From contig CAVPVR010000002.1 of the NCBI GenBank assembly GCA_963709285.1, forward strand, positions 65,491-129,490: a stretch of DNA of 64,000 bases, given 5' to 3'. Origin of the DNA: an uncultured delta proteobacterium (GTDB lineage: Bacteria > Desulfobacterota > Desulfobaccia > Desulfobaccales > 0-14-0-80-60-11). The notes under the pieces are model-generated. The model saw only the letters and a list, made by a program, of their open reading frames with translations, ran no database searches and had not been told where the DNA came from. Positions 30,833-39,675 of this stretch are shown here, piece after piece; position 1 is the first letter of the stretch, and each line of letters begins with the position of its first letter. Made by a program: the position numbers and the translations under genes.

Positions 30833-33800
30833 ATGGCGTTGGTCCGGCCCCTGTCGCAGGTTGTCAGTTCCCGGGTGATGGTGGTGGGCGGGGGCATCGC
30901 GGGTCTTACCGCGGCCCTGGACCTGGCCGCAGTGGGTCTTCCCGTCACCCTGGTGGAGGAAGGTCCTTCCCTGGGGGGCCTGATGGCCCAGTTGGACAAG
31001 ACCTTTCCCACCAACGACTGCGCCATGTGCATCCTGGCGCCCCGGCTGCTGGAAGCGGCCCGGCATCCCCTGATTGAGATCCATACTCTGACCCGGGTAA
31101 TGGGGATGGAGGGACAGCCCGGGGATTTTAGGATACACTTGGCCCGCCGGCCGCGGTACGTGGACCCGGCCAAATGCACGGGTTGCGGGGAATGCGTCCG
31201 GGTTTGTCCCAAACGCATTCCCGACCCCTACAACCTGGGACTCAAGCCGGACCAAGGCCATCCACGTGCCCTTCCCTCAGGCGGTGCCGCAGGCGGCCTA
31301 TATCGACCCGGAGGCCTGCCGCCACCTGCAGGGGCGCGAGGAAACCTCCTGTGTTCAGGTGTGTTCGGCGGGAGCCATCAACTTTGCAGACCAGCCGGAA
31401 ATCTTTGTGAAGGAGGCCGGGGCCGTTATTCTGGCGCCTGGGGCCCGGCCCGCGCCGGTGCAGGACTTTCCCGGGGCCTGGCACCCGGATGTAGTCACCA
31501 GCCTGGAATTCGAGCGGCTGCTGAGTGCCACCGGTCCTCATGAAGGCAAGCTGCTGCGGCCCTCAGACCAGCAGGAGCCCCAGTCCATAGCCTATATCCA
31601 GTGTGTGGGGTCCAGGGACCAGGAGGCGGGCGCGGCTTATTGTTCCAGTCTTTGTTGCTTGTCCAGCCTGAAAGAGGCCCTGGTGGCCCAGGAGCTTACC
31701 CAGGACCGGGCCGCGACCACCATTTTTTACCTGGACCTGAGGGCCCAGGGCAAAGAGCAGGAGCGCTATCTGGAGACGGCTCAGGCCCGGGGGGTCGAGC
31801 TGGTGAGGTCCCGGGTCACTGCGGTCCACCCGCATCTGAAGGGTGGCCTGGCGGTGCGCTACACCGACCCCCGAGGCAGGCCCCAGGAGAGGATTTTTGA
31901 CTTGGCGGTCCTGGCGGTGGGACTCAGGCCGGCGGCGCACCTGCGGGATTGGGCCGGGCGGCTCGGCATAAGTCTCAACGAACACGGATTTATCAAGGAA
32001 GGGCAGCCTTTTTCTCCGGTTACGGGGCGGGAGGGCGTTTATCTTTGCGGCACGGCCCAGGAGCCCATGGACATTACCCTGTCCGTGGCCAACGCCAGCT
32101 CGGCGGCTCAAGCTGCAGCCCAACTCCTGGCCGTGAGCCCCCGGCCTGCCCTGGCCAGGGTGTCACGGGAAAAGCCGCTGAGCACCGATGGGCGCCCCCC
32201 GAAAATCGGGATTTTTCTCTGTCATTGCGGCACCAACATCGCGCGCACCGTCGATCCGGAGGCCTTGAGCAAGATGGTCCGGGAAATCCCCGGGGTGGCC
32301 CACGTGGAGGATTTCCTCTTCAGTTGTTCGGCGGACGCCACCCAAAAGATGGCGGCCATCATAGAGGAGCAGGGTTTGAACCGGGTGGTGGTGGCCGCGT
32401 GCAGCCCCCGCACCCACGAGGCCGTCTTTCGGGAGGTGCTGGCTGCAGCCGGGCTAAATCCGGGGTATCTCGCCTTCGCCAATATCCGGGAGCAGTGCGC
32501 CTGGGTGCACCAGGATGACCCGGACGCGGCCCTGGCCAAAGCTGCAGACCTGGTGGCCATGGCGGGGCGCGGGGCCCTGGAACTGGCCCCCATCACTCCC
32601 GCCACGTATCCGGTGATGCCCCGGGCCCTCGTTTTAGGAGGCGGGGTGGCCGGTATGAGCGCCGCCCTTTCTCTGGCCGACCAGGGCTTTCACACCTATC
32701 TGGTGGAACGCACTCCCCGACTGGGGGGGCTGGCCCGCAACCTGCGCTTCACCCTGGAAGGGTTAAATCCCCTGGAGTTAATCCAGGCCCTCGAAAATGC
32801 AATCTCCTGGCACCCCAACGTGGAAGTGCTCACCCAAACCGAACTGGTGTCCCTGGAGGGTACTGTGGGGCGCTTCCGGTCCCGGGTCCGCCAGTTGATA
32901 CAGGAAGAATGGGAGGAGAGGCGCCTGGAGCATGGGGTGGTGCTGGTGGCCACGGGTGGCCGGGAAATGCAGCCCGAGGGGAGCTATCTTTACGGTGAGG
33001 ACCCCCGAGTGCTCACCCAACTGGAACTGGAGGAGAAGATCAGCACCGGCGGCAAAGATCTGGACCGGGCACGGCGGGTAATCATGATTCAATGCGTGGG
33101 TTCCCGTTCTCCCGAGCGCCCTTACTGCAGCCGCTTGTGCTGCACCGAAGCCCTGAAAAACGCCCTTCTCCTCAAAAAGCGTTATCCCCTGGTGGAGATC
33201 GTTGTCCTCTATCGCGACATCCGGGCCTTTGGCTTCCGGGAATTGGCCTACCAGGAGGCCAAGGAGCGGGGCGTGGTCTTTATTCCCTACGACCCGGACC
33301 GGCCCCCGGAGGTGAGCGCGTCTCGGCGGCGGCCGTTGACAGTGCGGGTCTGGGACGAACTTTTAGAAGAGACCGTGACCTTGCCGGCGGATTTTCTAGT
33401 CCTGAGCGCCGGCATCGAACCGGCGGCGGGGAGCGGCAAGGCGGCCCACCTGCTCAAGGTGCCGCTGGCCACGGGCGGCTTTTTCCTCGAGGCCCATCAG
33501 AAACTCAAACCGGTGGAAACCATGGTGGATGGGGTCTTTATCTGTGGCCTGGCCCACTACCCCAAGAGCCTGGGAGAGGCGGTGGCCCAGGCTCAGGCGG
33601 CGGCCATCCGGGCCGCGGCCCTCCTCTTTCAGGAGGAAATCCAACAGAGTGAAATCTCTGCTATCATACTGAGCGAGAACTGCCAATTATGTCTTGCTTG
33701 TGTGAAAAGTTGTCCTTTTGCAGCCATTGTTGTGGGTGAGGGGGGAATACCCCAAATTATGGGAGAACTCTGCCGGGGCTGCGGGGTCTGCGCTGCGGAG

Positions 33801-33929
33801 TGCCCCGCCGGCGTCATTCGGATGAGCCGTTTTACCGACGCCGAGTTGACCGCCCAGATCATGGCTGCCCTGGAGCGTCCCCAAGGAGAGGAACATGGTG
33901 AGAGAGAGCTATTGCGGTCTGTGCGATGA
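30833..33929 (+). CDS. hdrA: Double-length HdrA-like flavoprotein (two FAD-binding modules plus ferredoxin domains), interrupted by a 1-nt frameshift near 31247
   Basis: GxGxxG appears twice (VVGGGIAGLTAAL, VLGGGVAGMSAAL), along with CVGSRD motifs and C-terminal CxxCxxCxxxCP clusters. Track ORFs 30833-31543 and 31266-33929 join as NLGLK(R)TKAIHVPFPQAVPQ if one C of CCGG is dropped. Compare the paralog sequence NLGLKSRKCIRIIFAQAVP. Confidence 0.75.
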
Positions 33930-34323
33930 CTGCCAGTTGGGCCATCCTGAATTCCTCAAGGCTGTGGCCCTGTTACAGGAATATCTGGACCGCTTTCGGG
34001 CCAACTGGTGGGTCCACTGTTTTCCGGAGAAGGAGGGCTTTAACTTCCCGGAATTCCGGCGAGGGTTGGACTGGTTTTTAGCGCACACGGAGTGCCCGGG
34101 CTGCAAAGGGGGTAAGGGATTGGAACTCTGCCCCATCCGGACTTGCGCCGTGGCCCGCGGGCTGGCGCACTGCTCCCTCTGTCCGGATTTGGTTCCTTGT
34201 GACAAGTTTGACCACCTGCTTGAGCAGTTCCCTGACGTGAAGATCAGCCTGCGCCGCCGTCAGTTGAAGATCAAGGCCATACATTTTCACCAGCAGTTAG
34301 CCGCCATAAAAAAGGAAGGCTGA
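33895..34323 (+). CDS. DUF3795-like Cys-rich protein
   Basis: N-terminal YCGLCDDCQLG and later CPGCKGG...CPIRTC...CSLCPDLVPC motifs. Confidence 0.5.
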   Translation: MVRESYCGLCDDCQLGHPEFLKAVALLQEYLDRFRANWWVHCFPEKEGFNFPEFRRGLDWFLAHTECPGCKGGKGLELCPIRTCAVARGLAHCSLCPDLVPCDKFDHLLEQFPDVKISLRRRQLKIKAIHFHQQLAAIKKEG

Positions 34324-34356
34324 GGGGCCTGACCCGGTTTTGCCGAGTTATTTCCC

Positions 34357-35211
34357 ATGAAAACGTTGGTCCACAAGCGTGAAACCAGAAGCGCCATTGA
34401 ATTGACCCTCCGGATGTACCAGGAGCTGGTAGAGCTGCGCCTGGACAAAACGGCCTGCCTCAAGTGCGAGGTCTGCTCCCTGGTCTGCCCTCGGGGGGCG
34501 GTGGCCGTCACGCCTGCTGACGAGGGCCTGGATATCACCATTGATCCCCGCGTCTGCGTGCTCTGCGAAATTTGCGCCCACTTTTGCCCTACAGGAGCGG
34601 TGAGCTTGAGGCTCAACGGCGTCCCCAAGACTATTTTATTCGACCATCTGGGTCTGGCGGCCTTTTTGGACAAGATCAGGATGGACAAGGAAAGGTGCAC
34701 CGAGCCCTGCCCCCAGGATGAAAAAGGGCAGGAGCACTGGTGCCGGCAGCAGCTGAAGCTGGTGGGAGGCCTGCTCACGGAGTGCCCCAAACACTGCCAC
34801 AAGTGCCTGACTGTGTGCCCCCGTCAGGCCATTGTCCTGGACCCGGAGGGCCTGCACACCATGCCCGAGCCCGACCTGTGCCTGCGCTGCACCCAATGTC
34901 TCTCGGTGTGTGAACAGGAAGCCCTGGCGGTCAACCCCCAGTTCACTGGCGACCTTGACATTGACGACAGCAAGTGCCCGCCGGACTGTATGCTGTGCAT
35001 CGAAGCCTGTCCCGTTAAGGCCATCGTGCGGGAAGGGGAGCGGGTCTACCGGAAGTTAGAAACTTGCAGCTACTGTGGGGTGTGCTACAACATTTGTGAT
35101 TACGAAGCCGTTAGCCTAACCCGGCGGCAGGTGGTGGCCCTCAAGGGGGAATTTTCCCAAGCCTGGGAAGAGGCGGTGAACCGGCTCCTCTCCCGGGAAA
35201 TGGTTCGATAA
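34357..35211 (+). CDS. Polyferredoxin (six 4Fe-4S-type motifs; MvhB/FwdF-like)
   Basis: CLKCEVCSLVCP, CVLCEICAHFCP, CHKCLTVCP, CLRCTQCLSVC, CMLCIEACP, CSYCGVCYNIC. Confidence 0.8.
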   Translation: MKTLVHKRETRSAIELTLRMYQELVELRLDKTACLKCEVCSLVCPRGAVAVTPADEGLDITIDPRVCVLCEICAHFCPTGAVSLRLNGVPKTILFDHLGLAAFLDKIRMDKERCTEPCPQDEKGQEHWCRQQLKLVGGLLTECPKHCHKCLTVCPRQAIVLDPEGLHTMPEPDLCLRCTQCLSVCEQEALAVNPQFTGDLDIDDSKCPPDCMLCIEACPVKAIVREGERVYRKLETCSYCGVCYNICDYEAVSLTRRQVVALKGEFSQAWEEAVNRLLSREMVR

Positions 35212-35235
35212 GTTGCGTTAAGCAAAAAGGCGTTT

Positions 35236-37599
35236 GTGGAACCTGAACTTCGCATCGGCTTATATATCTGTCACTGCGGCCTCAATATCGCCGGGGTCAT
35301 CAGTCCGGAGGCCCTGTCGGTTCAGGGGCAGGGGCTCCCTGAGGTGGCGGTCAGTCGCCATCATTTGTACACCTGCTCCGAAGCCGGCCAAGCCGAGATT
35401 CTGAAAGACATCAAGCACTTTAAGCTTGATCGGGTGGTTATTGCCGCCTGTTCACCCAAGCTTCATGAAGTCACCTTCCGCCGGCTGCTGTCGGAAGCGG
35501 GGCTGAATCCCTACCTGGTGGAAATGGTGAACATCCGGGAGCACTGCGCCTGGGTGCACGCCGGGGAGCCGGAGGCGGCCCAGGAAAAGGCGTTGGAGCT
35601 CATCCGCATGGGGCTAGCCAAGGCGTGTCTGGCGGTCCCCTTGCAAGACCGCCAGGTGCCCATGACCAGGCATGCCCTGGTTATTGGCGGAGGCCCAGCG
35701 GGACTGCGAGCCGCCCTCGATATTGCCCATGCCGGCTACCCCGTAACCCTGGTGGAACGGGAGCCCATCCTAGGGGGCATGGCCAACCGGCTGCATCGCA
35801 CCTTTCCCCGGGGGGAAAGCGCCCTGGCCCTGATCAATCCCCTCATGGCTGCGGTGGCCCTGCATCCCGGCATCCAGGTGCTCACCCAGAGCGAGGTCAC
35901 CGAGGTGAGCGGGCATTTGGGGGAGTTTGCCGTCACGGTGCGGGAGACCCTGCCCCTGGTGGGGGAGGCCTGCGACCGCTGTGGGCACTGTGCTGAGGTC
36001 TGTCCGGTGGTGGTTCCCGATACCGTGGCCGCAGGTCTTGGCACCCGGACTGCCATCTATCTGCCGGCCCCCCATGCTTTTCCCGGCCGCTATGTGGTGG
36101 ATCTGGAGCACTGCGACCGCTGCGGCGAGTGTATAGCTGCCTGTCCCCAGGAGGCCATCAGCCTGGAGGAAGGGGAACGAGAGCATCACCTCACCGTGGG
36201 GAGCATCGTGGTGGCCACGGGCTTCACTCTCTTTGATACGGCGGGGAGCCGCTATGAGAACTGGGCTGACCATCCGGGAGTTGTCACCACGGTGGCCCTG
36301 GAGCGCCTTCTGGCGGGGGCAGGACCCACCCAGGGAAAGGTAAGCCTTGCCGATATTCCAGAAGAGGTGCGGGATGTGGCTTTTCTGCTGTGCGTGGGCT
36401 CCCGGGAGGAGGAGGGCAACCGTTACTGCTCCCGGGTGTGCTGCCCCACGGCCTTGAAGCAGGCCCTGGAGCTGAAAAAACGCCTCCCGGAGGCCCGCAT
36501 TCGTATCTATTACCGGGACATCCGCACCAACAAAAAAGACTGGGAGGCCCTTTACACCGAGGCCCGGGAAGCGGGGGTGCTGTTTTTGCGGGGGCGGGTG
36601 GAGGAAGTAAAAGCCGCCCAAGATGGGGGCCTGCTCATTCGTGCCTTTAACGAGACCTTTCAGGTTCCCACCGAAGACCGGGTGGACCTGGCGGTCCTGG
36701 CCGTGGGCATGGTCCCCGGGAACGGCGCCGCTCTCCGGGAGGTGTTGAAGCTGCCGGTGGGACCGGACGGCTTTTTCATGGAGGCCCACCCCAAGCTCAA
36801 GCCCCTGGAGACGGTGCTGGACGGCATTTTTCTGGCCGGGGCCTGTCAGGGTCCCAAGGACCTGGCCGAATCCTTCACCCAAGGAAGCGGCGCGGCCGCC
36901 AAGGTTCTGGCCCTCTTTGCCCACGAGACCATCACCCTGGACGGCCTGGTGGCCCAGGTGGACCCGGAGGTCTGTGTGGGCTGCGGGGAATGCGCGGCAG
37001 CCTGTCCGTTTCAGGCCATGGAGATGGTGGGGGAGGAAGAAAAGCAGCAGGCCCAGGTAGTTACTGCAGCCTGCAAGGGCTGTGGGGTCTGCGCCGGCGC
37101 CTGTCCTACGGGGGCGGTCATCCCCGCGGGGTTTACGGACGAGATGATCCTGGCTCAGATCGACGAGGCCTTGGCGGAGGCTCCGGAACAGAAAATTTTG
37201 GCCTTTTGCTGCAACTGGTGCTCTTATGCCGGGGCGGACTTCGCCGGGGTGTCGCGGCTGGCCTATCCCCCCCAAGTGCGCATTATCCGAACCATGTGCT
37301 CTGGCAGGATTCACCCCAAGTTTATCCTCCATGCGTTTGAGCGGGGCGCCGGCCAGGTTTTGATCTCCGGTTGCCACCCTCCGGGGGAATGCCATTATAT
37401 TTCTGGAAATCTTAGGGCTCAGGAGCGGGTGGAAAAGCTCCGGCCCAAACTTGCCAAAAAAGGCATCGACCCTTCCCGCCTGCGGCTGGCGTGGGTTTCA
37501 GCCACGGAAGGGAGGGCATTTCAACGGGTCATTGAAGAAATGGCCGCGGCCCTGGAGCCTGAAGAGACGGTCAAACAAGCGAGCGGTCAGGGGAAATGA
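35236..37599 (+). CDS. hdrA: HdrA-like flavoprotein fused to a C-terminal MvhD-like domain
   Basis: LYICHCGLNIAG N-terminal cluster, VIGGGPAGLRAAL FAD motif, CVGSRE, ferredoxin motifs, and a C-terminal ILAFCCNWCSYAGAD...ISGCHPPGECHY (MvhD signature). GTG start. Confidence 0.85.
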   Translation: MEPELRIGLYICHCGLNIAGVISPEALSVQGQGLPEVAVSRHHLYTCSEAGQAEILKDIKHFKLDRVVIAACSPKLHEVTFRRLLSEAGLNPYLVEMVNIREHCAWVHAGEPEAAQEKALELIRMGLAKACLAVPLQDRQVPMTRHALVIGGGPAGLRAALDIAHAGYPVTLVEREPILGGMANRLHRTFPRGESALALINPLMAAVALHPGIQVLTQSEVTEVSGHLGEFAVTVRETLPLVGEACDRCGHCAEVCPVVVPDTVAAGLGTRTAIYLPAPHAFPGRYVVDLEHCDRCGECIAACPQEAISLEEGEREHHLTVGSIVVATGFTLFDTAGSRYENWADHPGVVTTVALERLLAGAGPTQGKVSLADIPEEVRDVAFLLCVGSREEEGNRYCSRVCCPTALKQALELKKRLPEARIRIYYRDIRTNKKDWEALYTEAREAGVLFLRGRVEEVKAAQDGGLLIRAFNETFQVPTEDRVDLAVLAVGMVPGNGAALREVLKLPVGPDGFFMEAHPKLKPLETVLDGIFLAGACQGPKDLAESFTQGSGAAAKVLALFAHETITLDGLVAQVDPEVCVGCGECAAACPFQAMEMVGEEEKQQAQVVTAACKGCGVCAGACPTGAVIPAGFTDEMILAQIDEALAEAPEQKILAFCCNWCSYAGADFAGVSRLAYPPQVRIIRTMCSGRIHPKFILHAFERGAGQVLISGCHPPGECHYISGNLRAQERVEKLRPKLAKKGIDPSRLRLAWVSATEGRAFQRVIEEMAAALEPEETVKQASGQGK

Positions 37600-39218
37600 T
37601 AACCAAGACCCAAGTTCTCTTGTGCGCCTGCCCGGACCTCAAGGTGGAGGTCCAGAACTTGGCCCAACGCCTCTCCCAGGCCGGGCTGAGGGTCGAAGTA
37701 TCCCCGCCTCTCTGCACCCCCGCGGGTTTGGAGGAATGGGGGCCACGCCTGACGGCCGAACCCCGGGAGTGGCTGGTGGCCGCGTGCGGACCGGCACAGC
37801 ATCACGGCCTTTTTCAACGTCTGGCCGGGGATGAACCTCTGGCCATGGTGGATCTCCTAGCCGCAGACGATCTGGAAAGCGCTGTGGCAGCCGTCCTCCT
37901 GGCCCAAAAGGAGGAAATTCGCCTGGTTTCCGCGGGCGCACCCCACAGCCGGGAGGTGCTGGTGGTGGGGGGCGGGGTGGGGGGCTGTCAGGCCGCCCTG
38001 GACCTGGCCAATGCCGGTTTCAAGGTACATCTGGTGGAATCCTCCCTCTCCATCGGTGGCACCATGGCCCAGTTGGACAAGACCTTTCCCACGCTGGACT
38101 GCTCCATCTGCATCCTGGGACCCAAGCTGGTGGAAGCCGCGGCCCACCCCTTGATTGAGCTCCTCACCTTTGCGGAAATCACCGGCATTTCCGGCCAGGC
38201 CGGGCGATTTACGGTGGATGTGACCCTGAAGCCCCGCTATGTGGACATGAGCCGGTGTGTGGGCTGCGGCAGTTGCGTCCAGGTCTGCCCGGTCATTGTT
38301 CCCAGTCGCTGGAACCTGGGGCTCAAGTCCCGCAAGTGCATCCGCATCATTTTTGCGCAGGCGGTGCCCCTTATGGCCACTATCGAAAAAGAATACTGCA
38401 TCGACTGCCAGATGTGCCTTGAGGCCTGTGAACACGGGGCCATTCACCCTTTGTCCCGCCCGGAGGAACGGCGCCTCGAGGTGGGGGCGGTGGTTCTGGC
38501 TACCGGGGCCCGGCCCTTTGACCCGGCCATTCAGAGTGAATACAGTTATGGCCGTCTCCCCGGGGTCCTCACCAACCTGGAGTTCGAGCGCCTGGTGTGC
38601 GCCACCGGTCCTACTCAAGGACATCTCCTGACCCCCGCCGGGCAACCGGTGAAGCGTCTGGCCTTCATCCAGTGTGTGGGCTCCCGGGACCGGCGCTTCC
38701 TGCCCTACTGCTCGGGCTACTGCTGCACTGCGGCCATCAAGCAGGCCATGCTGACCCTGGAGCATGAACCCGACGCCGAGGTCACCATCTTTTTCAACGA
38801 CATCCGCACGTCGGGGAAGGGCTTCGAGGAACTCTATTTGCGGGCCCAAGCCGCGGGAGTGCGCTTTACTAAAGGTCTGCCGGGGCGTATCGAGGCGGGG
38901 GAGGCTGGCAGCCTCATAATCATTTATGAAGATCAGCAAGGCGGCCAGCGGGGCCGTCTGCCCGTGGACCTGGCGGTCCTGTCCGTAGGCCTGACCGCAC
39001 CCCGGGAGGGACTCCCCTTCACAGAGATCGGGCCGGTGCGGGACAACCTGGGATTTTATGACAGCCGGCACCCGATCCTTCATCCCCTGGAGTCCACGGT
39101 GCCGGGAGTCTTTCTGGCCGGCACCGCCCAGGGGCCCCGGGATATTTCTGAAACGGTGTGCACCGGCAGCGGGGTTGCGGCCCGGATCATCAACCTGCTC
39201 AATTCTCTGCCCCAGTAG
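37596..39218 (+). CDS. hdrA: HdrA-like flavoprotein (third paralog, with a distinct N-terminal extension)
   Basis: VVGGGVGGCQAAL, DKTFPTLDCSICIL, CVGCGSCVQVCP and IQCVGSRD motifs. Its start overlaps the upstream stop (ATGA). Confidence 0.8.
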   Translation: MITKTQVLLCACPDLKVEVQNLAQRLSQAGLRVEVSPPLCTPAGLEEWGPRLTAEPREWLVAACGPAQHHGLFQRLAGDEPLAMVDLLAADDLESAVAAVLLAQKEEIRLVSAGAPHSREVLVVGGGVGGCQAALDLANAGFKVHLVESSLSIGGTMAQLDKTFPTLDCSICILGPKLVEAAAHPLIELLTFAEITGISGQAGRFTVDVTLKPRYVDMSRCVGCGSCVQVCPVIVPSRWNLGLKSRKCIRIIFAQAVPLMATIEKEYCIDCQMCLEACEHGAIHPLSRPEERRLEVGAVVLATGARPFDPAIQSEYSYGRLPGVLTNLEFERLVCATGPTQGHLLTPAGQPVKRLAFIQCVGSRDRRFLPYCSGYCCTAAIKQAMLTLEHEPDAEVTIFFNDIRTSGKGFEELYLRAQAAGVRFTKGLPGRIEAGEAGSLIIIYEDQQGGQRGRLPVDLAVLSVGLTAPREGLPFTEIGPVRDNLGFYDSRHPILHPLESTVPGVFLAGTAQGPRDISETVCTGSGVAARIINLLNSLPQ

Positions 39219-39254
39219 AGGGCCTTGCAGACCTTGTGAAATATAGAGATAATA

Positions 39255-39283
39255 ACTTTGAGGACTTTGACAAAAGACTTTGG
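39255..39283 (+). promoter_or_regulatory. Three direct ACTTTG(A/G) repeats upstream of the Ubl-like gene
   Basis: AACTTTGAGGACTTTGACAAAAGACTTTGG read directly. The half-site is the same as in the 25907 palindrome. Function unknown. Confidence 0.25.
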
Positions 39284-39297
39284 AAAGGCGAACTAGC

Positions 39298-39672
39298 ATG
39301 TCGGATATTCAGATAAAACCGGAAGAACAACCGAAAAAATTACAAAAACCCTTGCCCCTGGTCCTGGAGATCATTCCCGGGCAGGCCGGGGAGGGGCTCG
39401 TGGTGGTAATGGAGCCAGGGAGCTACGAGGGCAGCACCCTGAGGGAGCTCTGTGATCAGGCTTTGAGCCGCCCCGACTTCAGCATCGAGGAGCGCCAGAT
39501 TTTAGAGGACATCCAGCGGCAGCTTCAGGGTGGCAAGCTCCTTTGCCAGGGCCGGGACCTCGACGGACCCGCCCAGGTCTTCGGAACCGTTGAGGAGACG
39601 GAAGCCGGGGAGGCTTATCTTTATGTGCCTGTCCGGGCCATCAAGCCTCAGGAGGGGGGCCTCTTCCCTTAA
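39298..39672 (+). CDS. Ubiquitin-like (beta-grasp) protein candidate with C-terminal GG followed by LFP
   Basis: 124 aa from the ATG at 39298, with a GGAAAGG RBS 8 nt upstream. It shows a beta/alpha alternation compatible with a beta-grasp fold, ends ...YLYVPVRAIKPQEGG-LFP, and sits in an operon with E2-like, JAB and E1 genes. Confidence 0.5.
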   Translation: MSDIQIKPEEQPKKLQKPLPLVLEIIPGQAGEGLVVVMEPGSYEGSTLRELCDQALSRPDFSIEERQILEDIQRQLQGGKLLCQGRDLDGPAQVFGTVEETEAGEAYLYVPVRAIKPQEGGLFP

Positions 39673-39675
39673 GGA

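Noticed and set aside
30833-31543. Treating 30833-31543 and 31266-33929 as two independent overlapping genes.
   Set aside because: The first ORF turns into nonsense right where the second frame picks up the conserved HdrA sequence. The start of the second is only the first GTG inside a continuous homologous frame.
35770-37395. 541-aa minus-strand ORF antisense to the hdrA-mvhD gene. Similar cases are 37857-39299(-), 30326-31261(-) and 31563-32123(-).
   Set aside because: These are shadow ORFs typical of GC-rich DNA. Their translations are Gly/Pro/Arg/His-rich and motif-free, while the plus strand encodes clearly conserved HdrA proteins.
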